Below, piece after piece: positions 1 to 11,452 of a DNA stretch of 64,000 nucleotides. Within the stretch, counting starts at the first letter, position 1. Each line of letters begins with the position of its first letter. The notes beneath the pieces were generated by a model, which did no database searches, was not told the origin of the DNA, and saw only the letters and a list, made by a program, of their open reading frames with translations. The translations under genes and the position numbers were made by a program. Source of the DNA: Candidatus Eiseniibacteriota bacterium (lineage in GTDB: Bacteria > Eisenbacteria > RBG-16-71-46); the NCBI GenBank assembly GCA_963717505.1, contig OY970342.1, positions 544,001 to 608,000 of the forward strand. Reading direction: 5' to 3'.

Positions 1-1
1 G

Positions 2-487
2 GTGAACCACTACCGGATGGCCATCGGAACGTCCGCGGGTGGCGCGCAGGTAATGGCGTTCACCAATATCGGGAACGTCACGGTTTACACGAAGACCGGC
101 CTCAACCTGAGCAACGGCACGAGATACTTCGTCTCGATCCGCGCGGTGGACAATGCCGGTCGGGTCGGCGCGGTCCGGACCAGCGACGGCATCCGGGTGG
201 ACACCACTGCACCTACGGTTTCCGTCACCAAGCCGAACAACAACGCAACCGTGAAGGGAACCGCCGTGGCCGTCCAGGCAAGTGCATCGGACACCTATGG
301 GATCGCTTCGGTCCAGTTCACGCTGGACGGCGTGAATCTCGGATCCGTAGATACCTCATCTCCGTATTCGATCGTGTGGAACACCACGACGACCTCGAAC
401 GGCATCCACTACCTGAGAGCCGTCGCGACCGACCAGGCCGGAAACGTGAAGACCAGCAACCAGGTCAAGGTGACGGTGAACAACTAG
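2..487 (+). CDS. C-terminal part of a secreted protein with FN3-like and bacterial Ig-like (Big) domains (5' truncated by window edge)
   Basis: FN3-like end (TGLNLSNGTRYFVSIRAVDNAG) followed by a Big-type domain (DTTAPTVSVTKP...GIASVQFTLDG...PYSIVWNTT...LRAVATDQAGN...VKVTVNN). Confidence 0.8.
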   Translation: MNHYRMAIGTSAGGAQVMAFTNIGNVTVYTKTGLNLSNGTRYFVSIRAVDNAGRVGAVRTSDGIRVDTTAPTVSVTKPNNNATVKGTAVAVQASASDTYGIASVQFTLDGVNLGSVDTSSPYSIVWNTTTTSNGIHYLRAVATDQAGNVKTSNQVKVTVNN

Positions 488-669
488 AGACCGCCGCCGC
501 CGCGCCAGGACCAAGCGCGCGGACTTGCCGCGTTGAGAATTCCTGGTCCGGCACGGCGCCGGGAGGCCCCTTCAGGCGGCCTCCGCGCGGACATTCGGGG
601 ACGCTGGCGGCGGGCGAGCCGTCGCGCTACGCTGCGTTCCTACCCCCCCATCCTGAACAGGAGTGTTCG

Positions 670-3240
670 ATGACCCCGAAGAAACTGTTCCTCCTTGGCA
701 CACTGGTCGGCCTGTGCGCGGCACCGCTGGGCGCCGCGGTCGCCGCCGGTGCCGACGCCGATTCCACCGCTCAGGCCGAGTCCGCTCCCGCCCCACCGGA
801 CACCACGGCGCCGGTGATCGCGCCCAACACGAGCCCGGCGCAGGCCGCGGCGCCGTCGGCCGCGGCGGGGACTCAGGTGGCCACACCGGACCCCGCGGAT
901 CGCGATGGCGGTTGGCCCCGGATCACCGAGACCGTGACCGGCGCAACGCTCATCATGTACCAGCCGCAGGCCGTGTCGTGGGAACGCCAGCGCGAGCTGG
1001 TGGCCATGGCGGCGCTCTCCTACCTGGCCAAGAGCGCCACCACGCCCGACCTCGGAACGGTCACTCTCTCCGCCCAGACCTCGGTTTCCACGGAAGAGCG
1101 GATGGTGAAACTGGAACAGGTCAAGATCACCGATATGAAATTCTCCACGCTCGACAAGGCGGAGGCGCGCGAGGCCCTGGCCGAGATCCAGGAGGCGGTC
1201 CCGGTGACCGCGGTGTTCATGGGCCTCGACCGGCTGCTCGCGATGGTGGACAAGAGCCTGATTCGCGGCAGCAGCGTGCAGGTGCAGACCGACCCACCTC
1301 CGATCTTCTACAGCGAGAAGCCGGCGGTGCTGCTCCAATTCGACGGGCCGCCGATCATGGCCACGATCGAGAAGGGCACGCTCAAGTACGGACTCAACAC
1401 CAACTGGGACGTCCTGCAGGATCCCGAATCCAAGACCTATTACCTGCGCAACGGGACCGGCTGGTTCCAGGCCCCCGAACTCAAGGGTCCGTGGAAGGTC
1501 ACGGGGAAGCTCCCGAAGTCCTTCGAGCAGATCCCGGCCAACGACAACTGGAAAGAAACCAAGGACAACATCCCCGGGAAGAAGGCGAAAGACACGGAGG
1601 TGATCTACTCGGAGCGACCGGCGGAGCTGCTGATGCTCGAGGGCAAGCCCAAGTACGAGAAGCTCGAGGGCACCCGGACGAACGACAAGAAGGGCAGCGA
1701 GATCCTGTGGGTCAAGAACACGGAGAGCGACCTGTTCCGCGTGAAGGATGCCGAGTTCTACTACCTGGTTTCGGGTCGCTGGTTCAGTGCCGCCGAGCTC
1801 AAAGGTCCGTGGAAGTTCGCCACCCAGAACCTGCCGCCCGCGTTCCTCCAATTCCCCGTCGACCACGAGCGAGCGCGGGTGCGCAGCTCGATCCCGGGGA
1901 CCGATGAGGCCGCCGAAGCCGTGCTGCTGGCGCAGGTGCCGCAGACCGCGCGGGTGGATGCCAAGAACCTGAAGCCCGTCTCCGTGGCCTACGACGGCGA
2001 GCCCAAGTTCGAACCGATCGAGGGCGCTGCCGGCGTCACCTATGCGGTCAACACCGAGAGCGACGTGTTCGTGGTTTCTGGCACCTACTACCTGTGCCAG
2101 GCCGGCGTGTGGTTCAGCTCGAACAGTCCCAACGGACCGTGGAGCGTAGCGACCAACATCCCGGAGGCCATCTACCAGATCCCGCCCAGCTCATCCGCCC
2201 ATCACGTGACCTACGTGGTCGTGGTCGACGACGACGACGACTACCCGACGTACGGATACACGCCGGGCTACATGGGGGTCACTATTGCCTTCGGCTGCGC
2301 GATGTACGGGACCGGCTACTACTACCCGCCCTACTACGGTTACCCGGGCGGGTATCCCATCTACTATCCGCGCCCGGTGTGCTACGGCGGCGGCGCGATG
2401 TACAACCCACGTACCGGCGCCTACGGGCACTACCAGACGGCCTATGGGCCGTATGGCGGCGTGGCGCGCGGCGCGAGCTACAACCCGACCACCGGAACCT
2501 ACAAGCGCGGCGCGATGGCCTACGGACCCACCGGGGCCCAGGGCTACGCCCAGGCGTACAACCCGCGCACCGGCACCTACGCCTCGACGCGTCAGGGCAG
2601 CAACGCGTACGGAAGCTGGGGATCCACCAGTGTCCAGCGCGGCGACGACTGGGTGAACACGCAGCGCGTCACCGACTCCAATGGCAACAGCAAGTGGCAG
2701 GCGCAGGGTAGCGGCGGCGGCTCGGCCCAGGGAGTGCAAGGCAGTGGCGGCGGCAACGTGGTCAAGACCGGGAGTGGCGACGTCTACGCCGGCAAGGACG
2801 GCAACGTTTACCGCAAGACCGACAATGGCTGGCAGTCGTATGACAACGGGAACTGGAACAACGTCCAGGGCGGGGACGGCGCGCGGCCGGGCAACCAGCC
2901 CGCGGGCGGCGCGGGCAGTACGAAGCCGGGCGCTTCGCAGCTTCCCGCGGGTGGGGGAGCTGGTGCAGGTACGGGCGCGTCGCAGCTTCCGAGCGGAGGA
3001 GGCGCAGGAGCGTCGCAGCGTCCGTCCACCCAGCCTGGCGTCTCGCAGCAGCCGAGTACGCGGCAGAGCCCCAATTCCAGCACCATGGGGCAGCTCGATC
3101 GTGACTCCCAGGGGCGCAATCAGGGTGCACAGCGGACCCAAAGCAACTATGGCGGGGGCTCGGGGTCGCGCGGCGGTTCTAGCGGTGGCTCTCGCGGCGG
3201 CGGCGGCGGCAGGCGTGGAGGCGGTGGCGGCCGGCGGTGA
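670..3240 (+). CDS. Secreted conserved hypothetical protein with three YY-x-G-x-WF-x-GPW modules, YNPxTG repeats and a Gly/Ser/Arg-rich tail
   Basis: ATG at 670 after CAGGAG; signal peptide MTPKKLFLLGTLVGLCAAPLGA; good codon bias; internal repeats are visible in the translation. Confidence 0.8.
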   Translation: MTPKKLFLLGTLVGLCAAPLGAAVAAGADADSTAQAESAPAPPDTTAPVIAPNTSPAQAAAPSAAAGTQVATPDPADRDGGWPRITETVTGATLIMYQPQAVSWERQRELVAMAALSYLAKSATTPDLGTVTLSAQTSVSTEERMVKLEQVKITDMKFSTLDKAEAREALAEIQEAVPVTAVFMGLDRLLAMVDKSLIRGSSVQVQTDPPPIFYSEKPAVLLQFDGPPIMATIEKGTLKYGLNTNWDVLQDPESKTYYLRNGTGWFQAPELKGPWKVTGKLPKSFEQIPANDNWKETKDNIPGKKAKDTEVIYSERPAELLMLEGKPKYEKLEGTRTNDKKGSEILWVKNTESDLFRVKDAEFYYLVSGRWFSAAELKGPWKFATQNLPPAFLQFPVDHERARVRSSIPGTDEAAEAVLLAQVPQTARVDAKNLKPVSVAYDGEPKFEPIEGAAGVTYAVNTESDVFVVSGTYYLCQAGVWFSSNSPNGPWSVATNIPEAIYQIPPSSSAHHVTYVVVVDDDDDYPTYGYTPGYMGVTIAFGCAMYGTGYYYPPYYGYPGGYPIYYPRPVCYGGGAMYNPRTGAYGHYQTAYGPYGGVARGASYNPTTGTYKRGAMAYGPTGAQGYAQAYNPRTGTYASTRQGSNAYGSWGSTSVQRGDDWVNTQRVTDSNGNSKWQAQGSGGGSAQGVQGSGGGNVVKTGSGDVYAGKDGNVYRKTDNGWQSYDNGNWNNVQGGDGARPGNQPAGGAGSTKPGASQLPAGGGAGAGTGASQLPSGGGAGASQRPSTQPGVSQQPSTRQSPNSSTMGQLDRDSQGRNQGAQRTQSNYGGGSGSRGGSSGGSRGGGGGRRGGGGGRR

Positions 3241-3282
3241 AATCGGCCGGGCGGGTGTGGCAGAGACTCCAAGGCTGGCGGG

Positions 3283-3453
3283 TCATGACCCGATATCGGT
3301 AGGGTTCTTCTCGGGCCGGGAACGAGCGCCGGCGTCGCGGCGCTCGTCGCGTCTCCCCCGCCGATACGCGTACTGGTAGACCAGGTAGATCGCGACCACG
3401 TGGATCACCCACCAGCCGAGCTTGAGGAACTGCAGCCCTTCGGGCAGCGGCAC
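3283..3453 (-). CDS. Small single-pass membrane protein (56 aa)
   Basis: GTG at 3453 preceded by AAGGA, directly after the NUDIX stop; hydrophobic stretch LKLGWWVIHVVAIYLVYQYAY followed by basic RRGRR. Confidence 0.6.
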   Translation of the reverse strand: MPLPEGLQFLKLGWWVIHVVAIYLVYQYAYRRGRRDERRDAGARSRPEKNPTDIGS

Positions 3454-3455
3454 GG

Positions 3456-3860
3456 CTATCCTTCGCGCGCCAGTACTGCGAGGAACGCGCGATCGGCTTC
3501 GAGGACATCTTTGGGATCGACCTCGGCTGGCCGCACCCAGCGCAGCGCATGAACGCCGTGGCCGGCGCGCACTTCGCCGGGCTCCAATTCGCATGCGATG
3601 AAAGCGATTTCGACCGACAGGCCATGGTCGTAGTCGTGGCGCTCGAGGGTCAGCACCTCGCCGGCATGTGCACCGACTCCCAGCTCTTCATGCAATTCGC
3701 GCTCGACCGCGTCTCCAGGCGTCTCCCCCGGCTCGATCTTGCCACCGGGGAATTCCCAGAGCAGTCCGAGTGGGCCGCCCGGCGGGCGCTGAGTGAGCAG
3801 CACGCGACCGTCTCTTCGAATCACGGCGGCGGCAACTCGAACTCGAGTCATCAGGCTCAT
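3456..3860 (-). CDS. NUDIX hydrolase, MutT/NudG-like (d)NTP pyrophosphohydrolase
   Basis: Nudix box WEFPGGKIEPGETPGDAVERELHEELG; N-terminal VAAAVI..GRVLLTQR. Confidence 0.9.
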   Translation of the reverse strand: MSLMTRVRVAAAVIRRDGRVLLTQRPPGGPLGLLWEFPGGKIEPGETPGDAVERELHEELGVGAHAGEVLTLERHDYDHGLSVEIAFIACELEPGEVRAGHGVHALRWVRPAEVDPKDVLEADRAFLAVLAREG

Positions 3861-4477
3861 GCGGCCTCCGCGGCGTGCGACCGCGCCACCGCCTGCTCGA
3901 ACCGCAGCAAGTAGCGACGATCGCCGCGTTCGCGCGCGGCGATTGCCTCGATGGCCAGTCGATGGAGCAGCGCGGCATCGGCAGCAACCAACGCTCCGGT
4001 GCGCAGCCGGCGCGGCAACTTGAGGTAGCCGGGTGCACTATCGATGATCAGCGCGGAGCGCGCCAGCGCCCACAGGTCGCATGCGCGTTCGCCGCGCGGC
4101 ACCAGGTCGCGCGCCTGGAGCAGGTGCGTCATCTCGTGCGCGATGGTGAACAGCTCGAGCCGCCGCGGCCGCACCCAGATGCCCGGGTTCTCGGGATCGA
4201 GCGAGCCCCAACCGAGAACCCCGCGCTTTTGCGCGAGCCCGACGCGGACGGTGATTCCGGCCAGTTCCGGGAAGAATCCGCGAACGATCTCGATCCGCTC
4301 GCGAATCCGCTCGAAATGCGGCGAGCGCACGACCAGCCGGGAAAAGGTCCAGCGGGGCGGTCCGATATCGAAGGCGAGCGGGAGCTGCTCCAAGGCAATG
4401 GCCCGGCGGCGGCGGGGGCGCGGGTGCGTCCCTGACCCGGATTCTGCACTCGACCTGCGTCGCGCACGGCGCAGCAT
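3857..4477 (-). CDS. Hypothetical protein with HExxH zincin-like motif
   Basis: TIAHEMTHLLQ...GERACD; stop overlaps the NUDIX start (ATGA). Start position is uncertain. Confidence 0.6.
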   Translation of the reverse strand: MLRRARRRSSAESGSGTHPRPRRRRAIALEQLPLAFDIGPPRWTFSRLVVRSPHFERIRERIEIVRGFFPELAGITVRVGLAQKRGVLGWGSLDPENPGIWVRPRRLELFTIAHEMTHLLQARDLVPRGERACDLWALARSALIIDSAPGYLKLPRRLRTGALVAADAALLHRLAIEAIAARERGDRRYLLRFEQAVARSHAAEAA

Positions 4478-4674
4478 GCACGTGTGGATAGCACAGGGGC
4501 CGGCGGCGGCACAACGCTTGCAGTGCCCCCGCGTGCACCACGACCTTGTTCCATCGTCGTGAAGTCGGTGCCGGTGGCGCCCGCGGCCCCACTCCTCTTA
4601 TAGTGGCGCCCGCGCTCCCCGCGCCGACACCGGACGTCCACCCTCACGAGGAAGGATCCTCAGAGGAGCAGCCC

Positions 4675-5238
4675 ATGCGTCTTTCGCGTTTCACTCTCGC
4701 GCTGGCCGCGCTCGCGTTCGCCGCCACACCTCTCCACGCCCAGAACGTCGTCACTCCCGCCGGAACGCTGGTCGGCATCGAGGCCATGATGGCCACGGTC
4801 ATGCAGGAGGAGCAAAGCTCGTTCTCGGGGCTCGCCCTGCGTATTCGCCTCCAGCCACCGCAGCTGCTCAAGCAAATCGAGATCATGCCGACCATAGAGT
4901 ACTGGCGGAACAGCAACCATCTCGCCACCTACGACGTCAGCACCGAGCGCAAGGACGCGACCCTCGGGATCGACATGCGCTACAACTTCGAGGCCGGATC
5001 GTTCCGGCCGTACCTGGGCGCCGGCTGGGCACTCCACTTCCTGAGTTCCGAAGTGGAAGCGCCGGGGCTCGGGTTGCCCGCGTCCTCGAATTCGATCTCC
5101 AAGGGCGGATTGGCCGTACTCGGCGGTGTTTCGTTCCCGATCACCGAGCGTTTCGAGAACTTCCTCGACTTGAAGTACCACCACGTGACGGACTACCGCC
5201 AGCTCAAGTTCAACTGGGGGTTCACCTACAAGCCGTAG
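4675..5238 (+). CDS. Small outer-membrane beta-barrel protein (OmpA/OmpW-like 8-strand family)
   Basis: GAGGAG RBS; signal peptide ending TPLHA; RPYLGAG strand motif; C-terminal aromatic strand FNWGFTYKP. Confidence 0.8.
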   Translation: MRLSRFTLALAALAFAATPLHAQNVVTPAGTLVGIEAMMATVMQEEQSSFSGLALRIRLQPPQLLKQIEIMPTIEYWRNSNHLATYDVSTERKDATLGIDMRYNFEAGSFRPYLGAGWALHFLSSEVEAPGLGLPASSNSISKGGLAVLGGVSFPITERFENFLDLKYHHVTDYRQLKFNWGFTYKP

Positions 5239-5260
5239 TCCGCACCCGGAACGCGCGCGC

Positions 5261-6849
<1,589 letters not shown>

Positions 6850-6853
<4 letters not shown>

Positions 6854-8946
6854 TGACCCGGTTCCTTACGCAGCTCCGAGATACGAATGCGGATCGACTC
6901 GTGTGAGCGCAGCAGATCCGCGACCACTTCGCCCTTGCCGCGCTGGGTCGGCGTCCGGCGCGGGTCCTCCTCGAGGAACTCCCACAGCCGGTCGCGGATC
7001 GGCGGCGGCAGGACGCTCTCGAGGTACTCGAGACCCATGCCGCGCAGCATGCGATCGTCGCCGCTCAACCCACGAAAGGCAATCTGGAGTGGGCGTTGCG
7101 CGAGCACCAGCGACAACAGGTTGAACACGTGCTCGAGGCTTGCCGAAGCGCGCAGGCGCAGGAACTCACTGACCGGGTTGGTCCCGGTCTCGTCGCCGGC
7201 CGCGGACGCCGCCTGCACGACCCACACCTTGCGCTCGACGTCGACCTCGCGGTGGACCGCGGCGAACACCCGGTCGCGGTCGAAGGTCAGGTCGGGGGCC
7301 TCGGCGCGGATCCGGGCCAGCGCCACGCCGCAGGCGTGGCGCACGTCGAACGGCGCGTCTTCCAGCGCCAGCAACAAGGCGTCCATCGCGCGGCGCGATC
7401 CGGTGGTGCCGAGCAGGCGCGCGACGCGTCGTCGGACGACCGGCGGATGACGTGTGTCGAGCAATGCGTCGCCGAGTTGTCCCACGGCGGTCTTCGCCAC
7501 CGCTCGCAGGGCACGCATCGCTTCCCCGTCGTGCCGCTCATCGCCGAGTTGGAGGATGGTCTGCGCGATCTCGACGGGGTTCAGTGGCACACGATCCCCT
7601 GCCGGACGCTCGAGCATCACGGCTTGCGACTGGTTCATCGGGTCGGCGTTAGGGTGGGCGGCGAGCACCGCGCGCAGCGCGGGCGTAATGCGGATCGCCT
7701 GGGTCTTCAACACCACCGACCGCGTCGCGGCGTCGCCGACGTCTTCCACCGCGACCGCGCCCTGGAGCAGGTTGCGTTCGAGCGTCGCAACGTAGCCGCG
7801 GTGGAGCCGGAGCGCGATCCAGGTGCCGAGCGCGCCCAGAACGATGCAAGCCCACCACATGCCGGTGCGCGCGCCCGATCCGGCGACCGCCAGCAGCAAG
7901 GCGGCGAGTGCGCCGCCCACGACGTCGCCAACTCGCGAGCTGGCGACGTCGACCAGCGTCTTGGTCGCGCGCTTCTCGCGCGCCGGGATCGGCGTGAAGA
8001 ACAGCTCGTGCGCCGAGCGGAATGCCGAGTTGCGCAGCACGTGGTCGGCGGTCCACACCGCGGCAGCGGTGCCGAAGCCGGGAACCGCCACGCCCGCCAC
8101 ACCGCCGAGGCCGATCGCCGCCGGCAGCAGCGCCGAGGAGCGGGCGATGCCCAGGCGCTCGACCAGACGCTGGCCGAACAACGACTGGAACGCGAAGGTC
8201 AGGAGCGAGGAGCCCATGTGGAAGATCGAGAACACGCGGACCAGCGCTTCCTCGCTGCGATACAGATCGGACGCCGCCGCCTTGAACAGAAAGTCGAGCA
8301 TCGCCGCCGCCACCGCGCCGACGATCACCAGCGTGGCAAGCGTCACCAGATAGGGCGAGCCTGCGAGGATGCGGATTCCGGTGAACAGCCGCTCGGGCTC
8401 CGTCGACACTGGCTCGCGCGGAGACTCCGGAGACACTCGACGCGACGCCAGCGCGCACACCAACTGAATCACGGCGAGCGCCGGCAGGGTCGAGGCGACG
8501 CCGAACCCCGAGGTCAGTCGCTCGGCGATCACGCCGCCGGCCACACCCCCGAGCGTCGCGGTCGCGGCGATGCGCGCCACGGTGCGTTTCGCGGTCCGGG
8601 GATCGAACCGCTCGTTGATCAACGACCAGAAGCTCGAGATCAGGATCGGGCCCATCACCGCCACCAACCCGTAGGTGGCGATTGCGCCCACATGCGCGTT
8701 GGACAGCGTCAGCGGCCACAGGGCAAGGAACAGCGCGGCGCTCGCGACGAACGCCGCCGGCACCAGATGCGCGGGACCCCGCGTGCGCAACAGTCGTCCC
8801 CAGGCGAGCGCCACCGCCGCGGAGATCACCCCGGTGCCGACCAGCACCGCCGGCAGCGTGGTGACCGGGAACACCGAGAGGAACAGACCGTCGCGCGCGG
8901 CCTTGCCGGCGATCTGACTCGCGATTATGGCGGCAGCCGCCAGCAT
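6850..8946 (-). CDS. Npt/TLC (ATP/ADP translocase)-like MFS membrane domain fused to HEAT-repeat region
   Basis: KAARDGLFLS, SFWSLINERFDPRTAKR and ELFFTPIP..KRATKTLVD motifs; about 12 TM segments; C-terminal HEAT-like helices. An in-frame CTG at 9012 after GGAGG may be the true start. Confidence 0.75.
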
Positions 8947-9081
8947 CGCCGCTCGCGCGGCACGTTGATCGTGCGCGTCGCCCGCGGATCTCGGGTTCTG
9001 GAAATCGCTCAGGGCGCCTCCCCGCTCCGGGGCGCTGAAGTTAGCGGCGCGCCACCGGCGTCAGCATGAACTACCCAGGCG

Positions 9082-9420
9082 TCAGAACGAGAATCCCAGG
9101 AGCCCCGGATCGGGCATCAACTGCGGGCTCCAGGCATCCGGCATGATCTCCACTTCGCACGGCACGGGGACCACGCTCATCGTCGCCTGCTTGACGTCCT
9201 CCATCATCTGGGGAGCATAAGGGCAAAACGGGGTCGTGAGCATCATGCGGATGTGCGTGCGATCGGGAAAGACATGAACCTCGCGGATCAGGCCCAGGTC
9301 GATGACCGAAAGCCCGATCTCGGGGTCCATCACGGTTTCGAGGACCGAACGAATCGCCAGCTCCTGCTGCGAGGGAGCACTGGTGGTGTCCTTTGCTTCT
9401 TTGCTCTCTTCCTCACTCAT
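9082..9420 (-). CDS. sufT: DUF59 / SufT-like Fe-S cluster maturation protein
   Basis: VMDPEIGLSVIDLGLI and MLTTPFCPYAP motifs; last gene of the suf operon. Confidence 0.85.
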   Translation of the reverse strand: MSEEESKEAKDTTSAPSQQELAIRSVLETVMDPEIGLSVIDLGLIREVHVFPDRTHIRMMLTTPFCPYAPQMMEDVKQATMSVVPVPCEVEIMPDAWSPQLMPDPGLLGFSF

Positions 9421-9731
9421 GCCCACCCCACCTGGATCTCGTCGCCTGCGATGCGGACCGTGTAGGTCGGCACCGGTGCGGTCGCCGGCAGCCGCAACGG
9501 CTCGCCGGTCCGGATGTCGAAACGCGCCCCGTGGCGCGGACACTCGATCACGTCGCCCTCGATCGTCCCCTCGGCCAGCGGACCGCCGTCGTGGGTGCAC
9601 AGGTCGTCCATCGCGTAGTAGCCGCCGTCGATATGAAACACCGCCACCGGCTGGTCGTCCAGTCGCACCACTTTGACTCCGCCCTCGGGAATCTCGCCGA
9701 CCCGCGCCACGGTCACGAATCCGTCGCTCAC
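9417..9731 (-). CDS. Rieske-type [2Fe-2S] ferredoxin
   Basis: CTHDGGPL...ECPRHGARFD Rieske motifs; GTG start overlaps the upstream stop. Confidence 0.9.
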   Translation of the reverse strand: MSDGFVTVARVGEIPEGGVKVVRLDDQPVAVFHIDGGYYAMDDLCTHDGGPLAEGTIEGDVIECPRHGARFDIRTGEPLRLPATAPVPTYTVRIAGDEIQVGWA

Positions 9732-10135
9732 TCCTCCCCCTCCTCGCCCGGCCAGCGGGTCATTCCATAGAGGCCGGCCTTCATGGTCTTGAGCGCCAGC
9801 AGCGCGCATTTGAGCCGCACCGGCCCGAGTTCGATGCCGAGCATGTCGAGCACATCGTCGCGGGTGAGCCGGCGGGCGTCCTCGAGCGACTCGCCTTCGA
9901 TCCGCTCGCACAGCATCGACGCCGAGGCCTGGCTGATCGAGCATCCCTGTCCACTGAAGCGCACCTCGTCGATCCGGCCCTCGCGAATCCGGAAGTCCAT
10001 GCGCAGGCGGTCGCCGCACAGCGGGTTTGCGTCTTCGTAGGTAACGTCGGCGGGCTCGAGCGTGCCGCGGCAACGGGGATTCCGGTAGTGATCGAGGATG
10101 TTTTCGCGGAACAGGTCTTCCGCGCCCGACGTCAC
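9728..10135 (-). CDS. sufU: U-type Fe-S scaffold / sulfur-transfer protein (SufU/IscU family)
   Basis: ILDHYRNPR, NPLCGD, GCSISQASAS and RLKCA motifs. Confidence 0.88.
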   Translation of the reverse strand: MTSGAEDLFRENILDHYRNPRCRGTLEPADVTYEDANPLCGDRLRMDFRIREGRIDEVRFSGQGCSISQASASMLCERIEGESLEDARRLTRDDVLDMLGIELGPVRLKCALLALKTMKAGLYGMTRWPGEEGEE

Positions 10136-11403
10136 GCGAACACCTTGCGGGCGCGCTCGAGCCCCGCGATCAGCGCGTCGACGTCGGCCCGCGTGCTGTA
10201 GCAATGGAACGACGCGCGCGCCGACGCCGGAATGCCGAGTCGCGTATGGAGCGGCATGGCGCAGTGGTGCCCGGCGCGCACCGCCACGTTCGAAGCATCG
10301 AGTACGGTCGCGACGTCGTGGGCGTGGATCGTTCCCAGCGTGAATGCGACCGCCGCCCCGCGCTGATCCGGACCGGGTCCCAGGATCCGCAGTTCGGGCA
10401 CTTCGGCCAGACGCGCCATCGCGTAGGCGACCAGATCGCGATCGTGCGCCCAGATTGCGTCCATGCCCAGACTCTCGAGGAAGTCGACTGCAGCGCCGAG
10501 ACCGATGGCTTCGGCGATCGGCATGGTGCCGGCTTCGAACTTCCACGGCACTTCGTTCCATTGGGAGCCGGCCAGCGTGACCTCACGGATCATCTCGCCG
10601 CCGCCCATGAACGGCGGCATGGCTTCGAGCAGCGCGCGCCGCGCCCACAGCGCGCCGATCCCGGTCGGCCCGAGCATCTTGTGGCCGGTGAACGCGACGA
10701 AGTCCGCGCCCAGCGCACGCACGTCCATCGGCAGGTGGGGCACGCTCTGCGCGGCGTCGACCACGATCACGGCGCCGGCCGCGTGCGCACGCGCCGCGAT
10801 CTCGGAAATCGGGTTCACCGTCCCGAGCACGTTCGAGATGTGCGTGGTACCGACCAGCTTCACGCGGCCATCGGCGAGCAACCGGTCCATCGCGTCCAGA
10901 TCGAGGAAACCCTGGTCGGTCACCGGCACGTAGCGCAGCTCGACCCCGCGCTCGGCCGCCAGGATGTGCCAAGGCACCAGGTTCGCATGGTGCTCCATCT
11001 CGGTGAGCAGCACCGCGTCACCGGACCTCAGGTGTGTGCGGCCCCACGAATGCGCCACCAGGTTGATCGCCTCGGTGGCGTTGCGGGTGAACACGACTTC
11101 GGCGGGCGAGGCGGCACCGATGAAGTCGGCGACCCGCCGCCGGGCGTCTTCGTAGCGCGCCGTCGCCTCCTCGGCGATCCGGTAGACGCCACGATGGATG
11201 TTGGCGTTGCAGGTCCGGTAGTAGCGATCCATCGCGTCGAGCACCACGTCCGGCTTCTGCGAGGTGGCCGCACTATCGAGGTAGATGAGCGGCGCATCGG
11301 GTGCATTCAGGATCGGAAAGCGCGCGCGGATCGCCAGCGGATCGAAGGCGGCGGTTCGTTCCGCGGCGTCCGGCCGGGCGGGCGTCAGGGGGACGGTCGT
11401 CAT
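10132..11403 (-). CDS. sufS: Cysteine desulfurase, SufS type
   Basis: YLDSAATSQKP, EHHAN, TGHKMLGPTGIG and RAGHHCA motifs. Confidence 0.95.
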   Translation of the reverse strand: MTTVPLTPARPDAAERTAAFDPLAIRARFPILNAPDAPLIYLDSAATSQKPDVVLDAMDRYYRTCNANIHRGVYRIAEEATARYEDARRRVADFIGAASPAEVVFTRNATEAINLVAHSWGRTHLRSGDAVLLTEMEHHANLVPWHILAAERGVELRYVPVTDQGFLDLDAMDRLLADGRVKLVGTTHISNVLGTVNPISEIAARAHAAGAVIVVDAAQSVPHLPMDVRALGADFVAFTGHKMLGPTGIGALWARRALLEAMPPFMGGGEMIREVTLAGSQWNEVPWKFEAGTMPIAEAIGLGAAVDFLESLGMDAIWAHDRDLVAYAMARLAEVPELRILGPGPDQRGAAVAFTLGTIHAHDVATVLDASNVAVRAGHHCAMPLHTRLGIPASARASFHCYSTRADVDALIAGLERARKVFA

Positions 11404-11452
11404 GTCGTTGCGGGCGGCCGATGGGCCGCGCCCCGCGGGCGCGGCCACCCGT

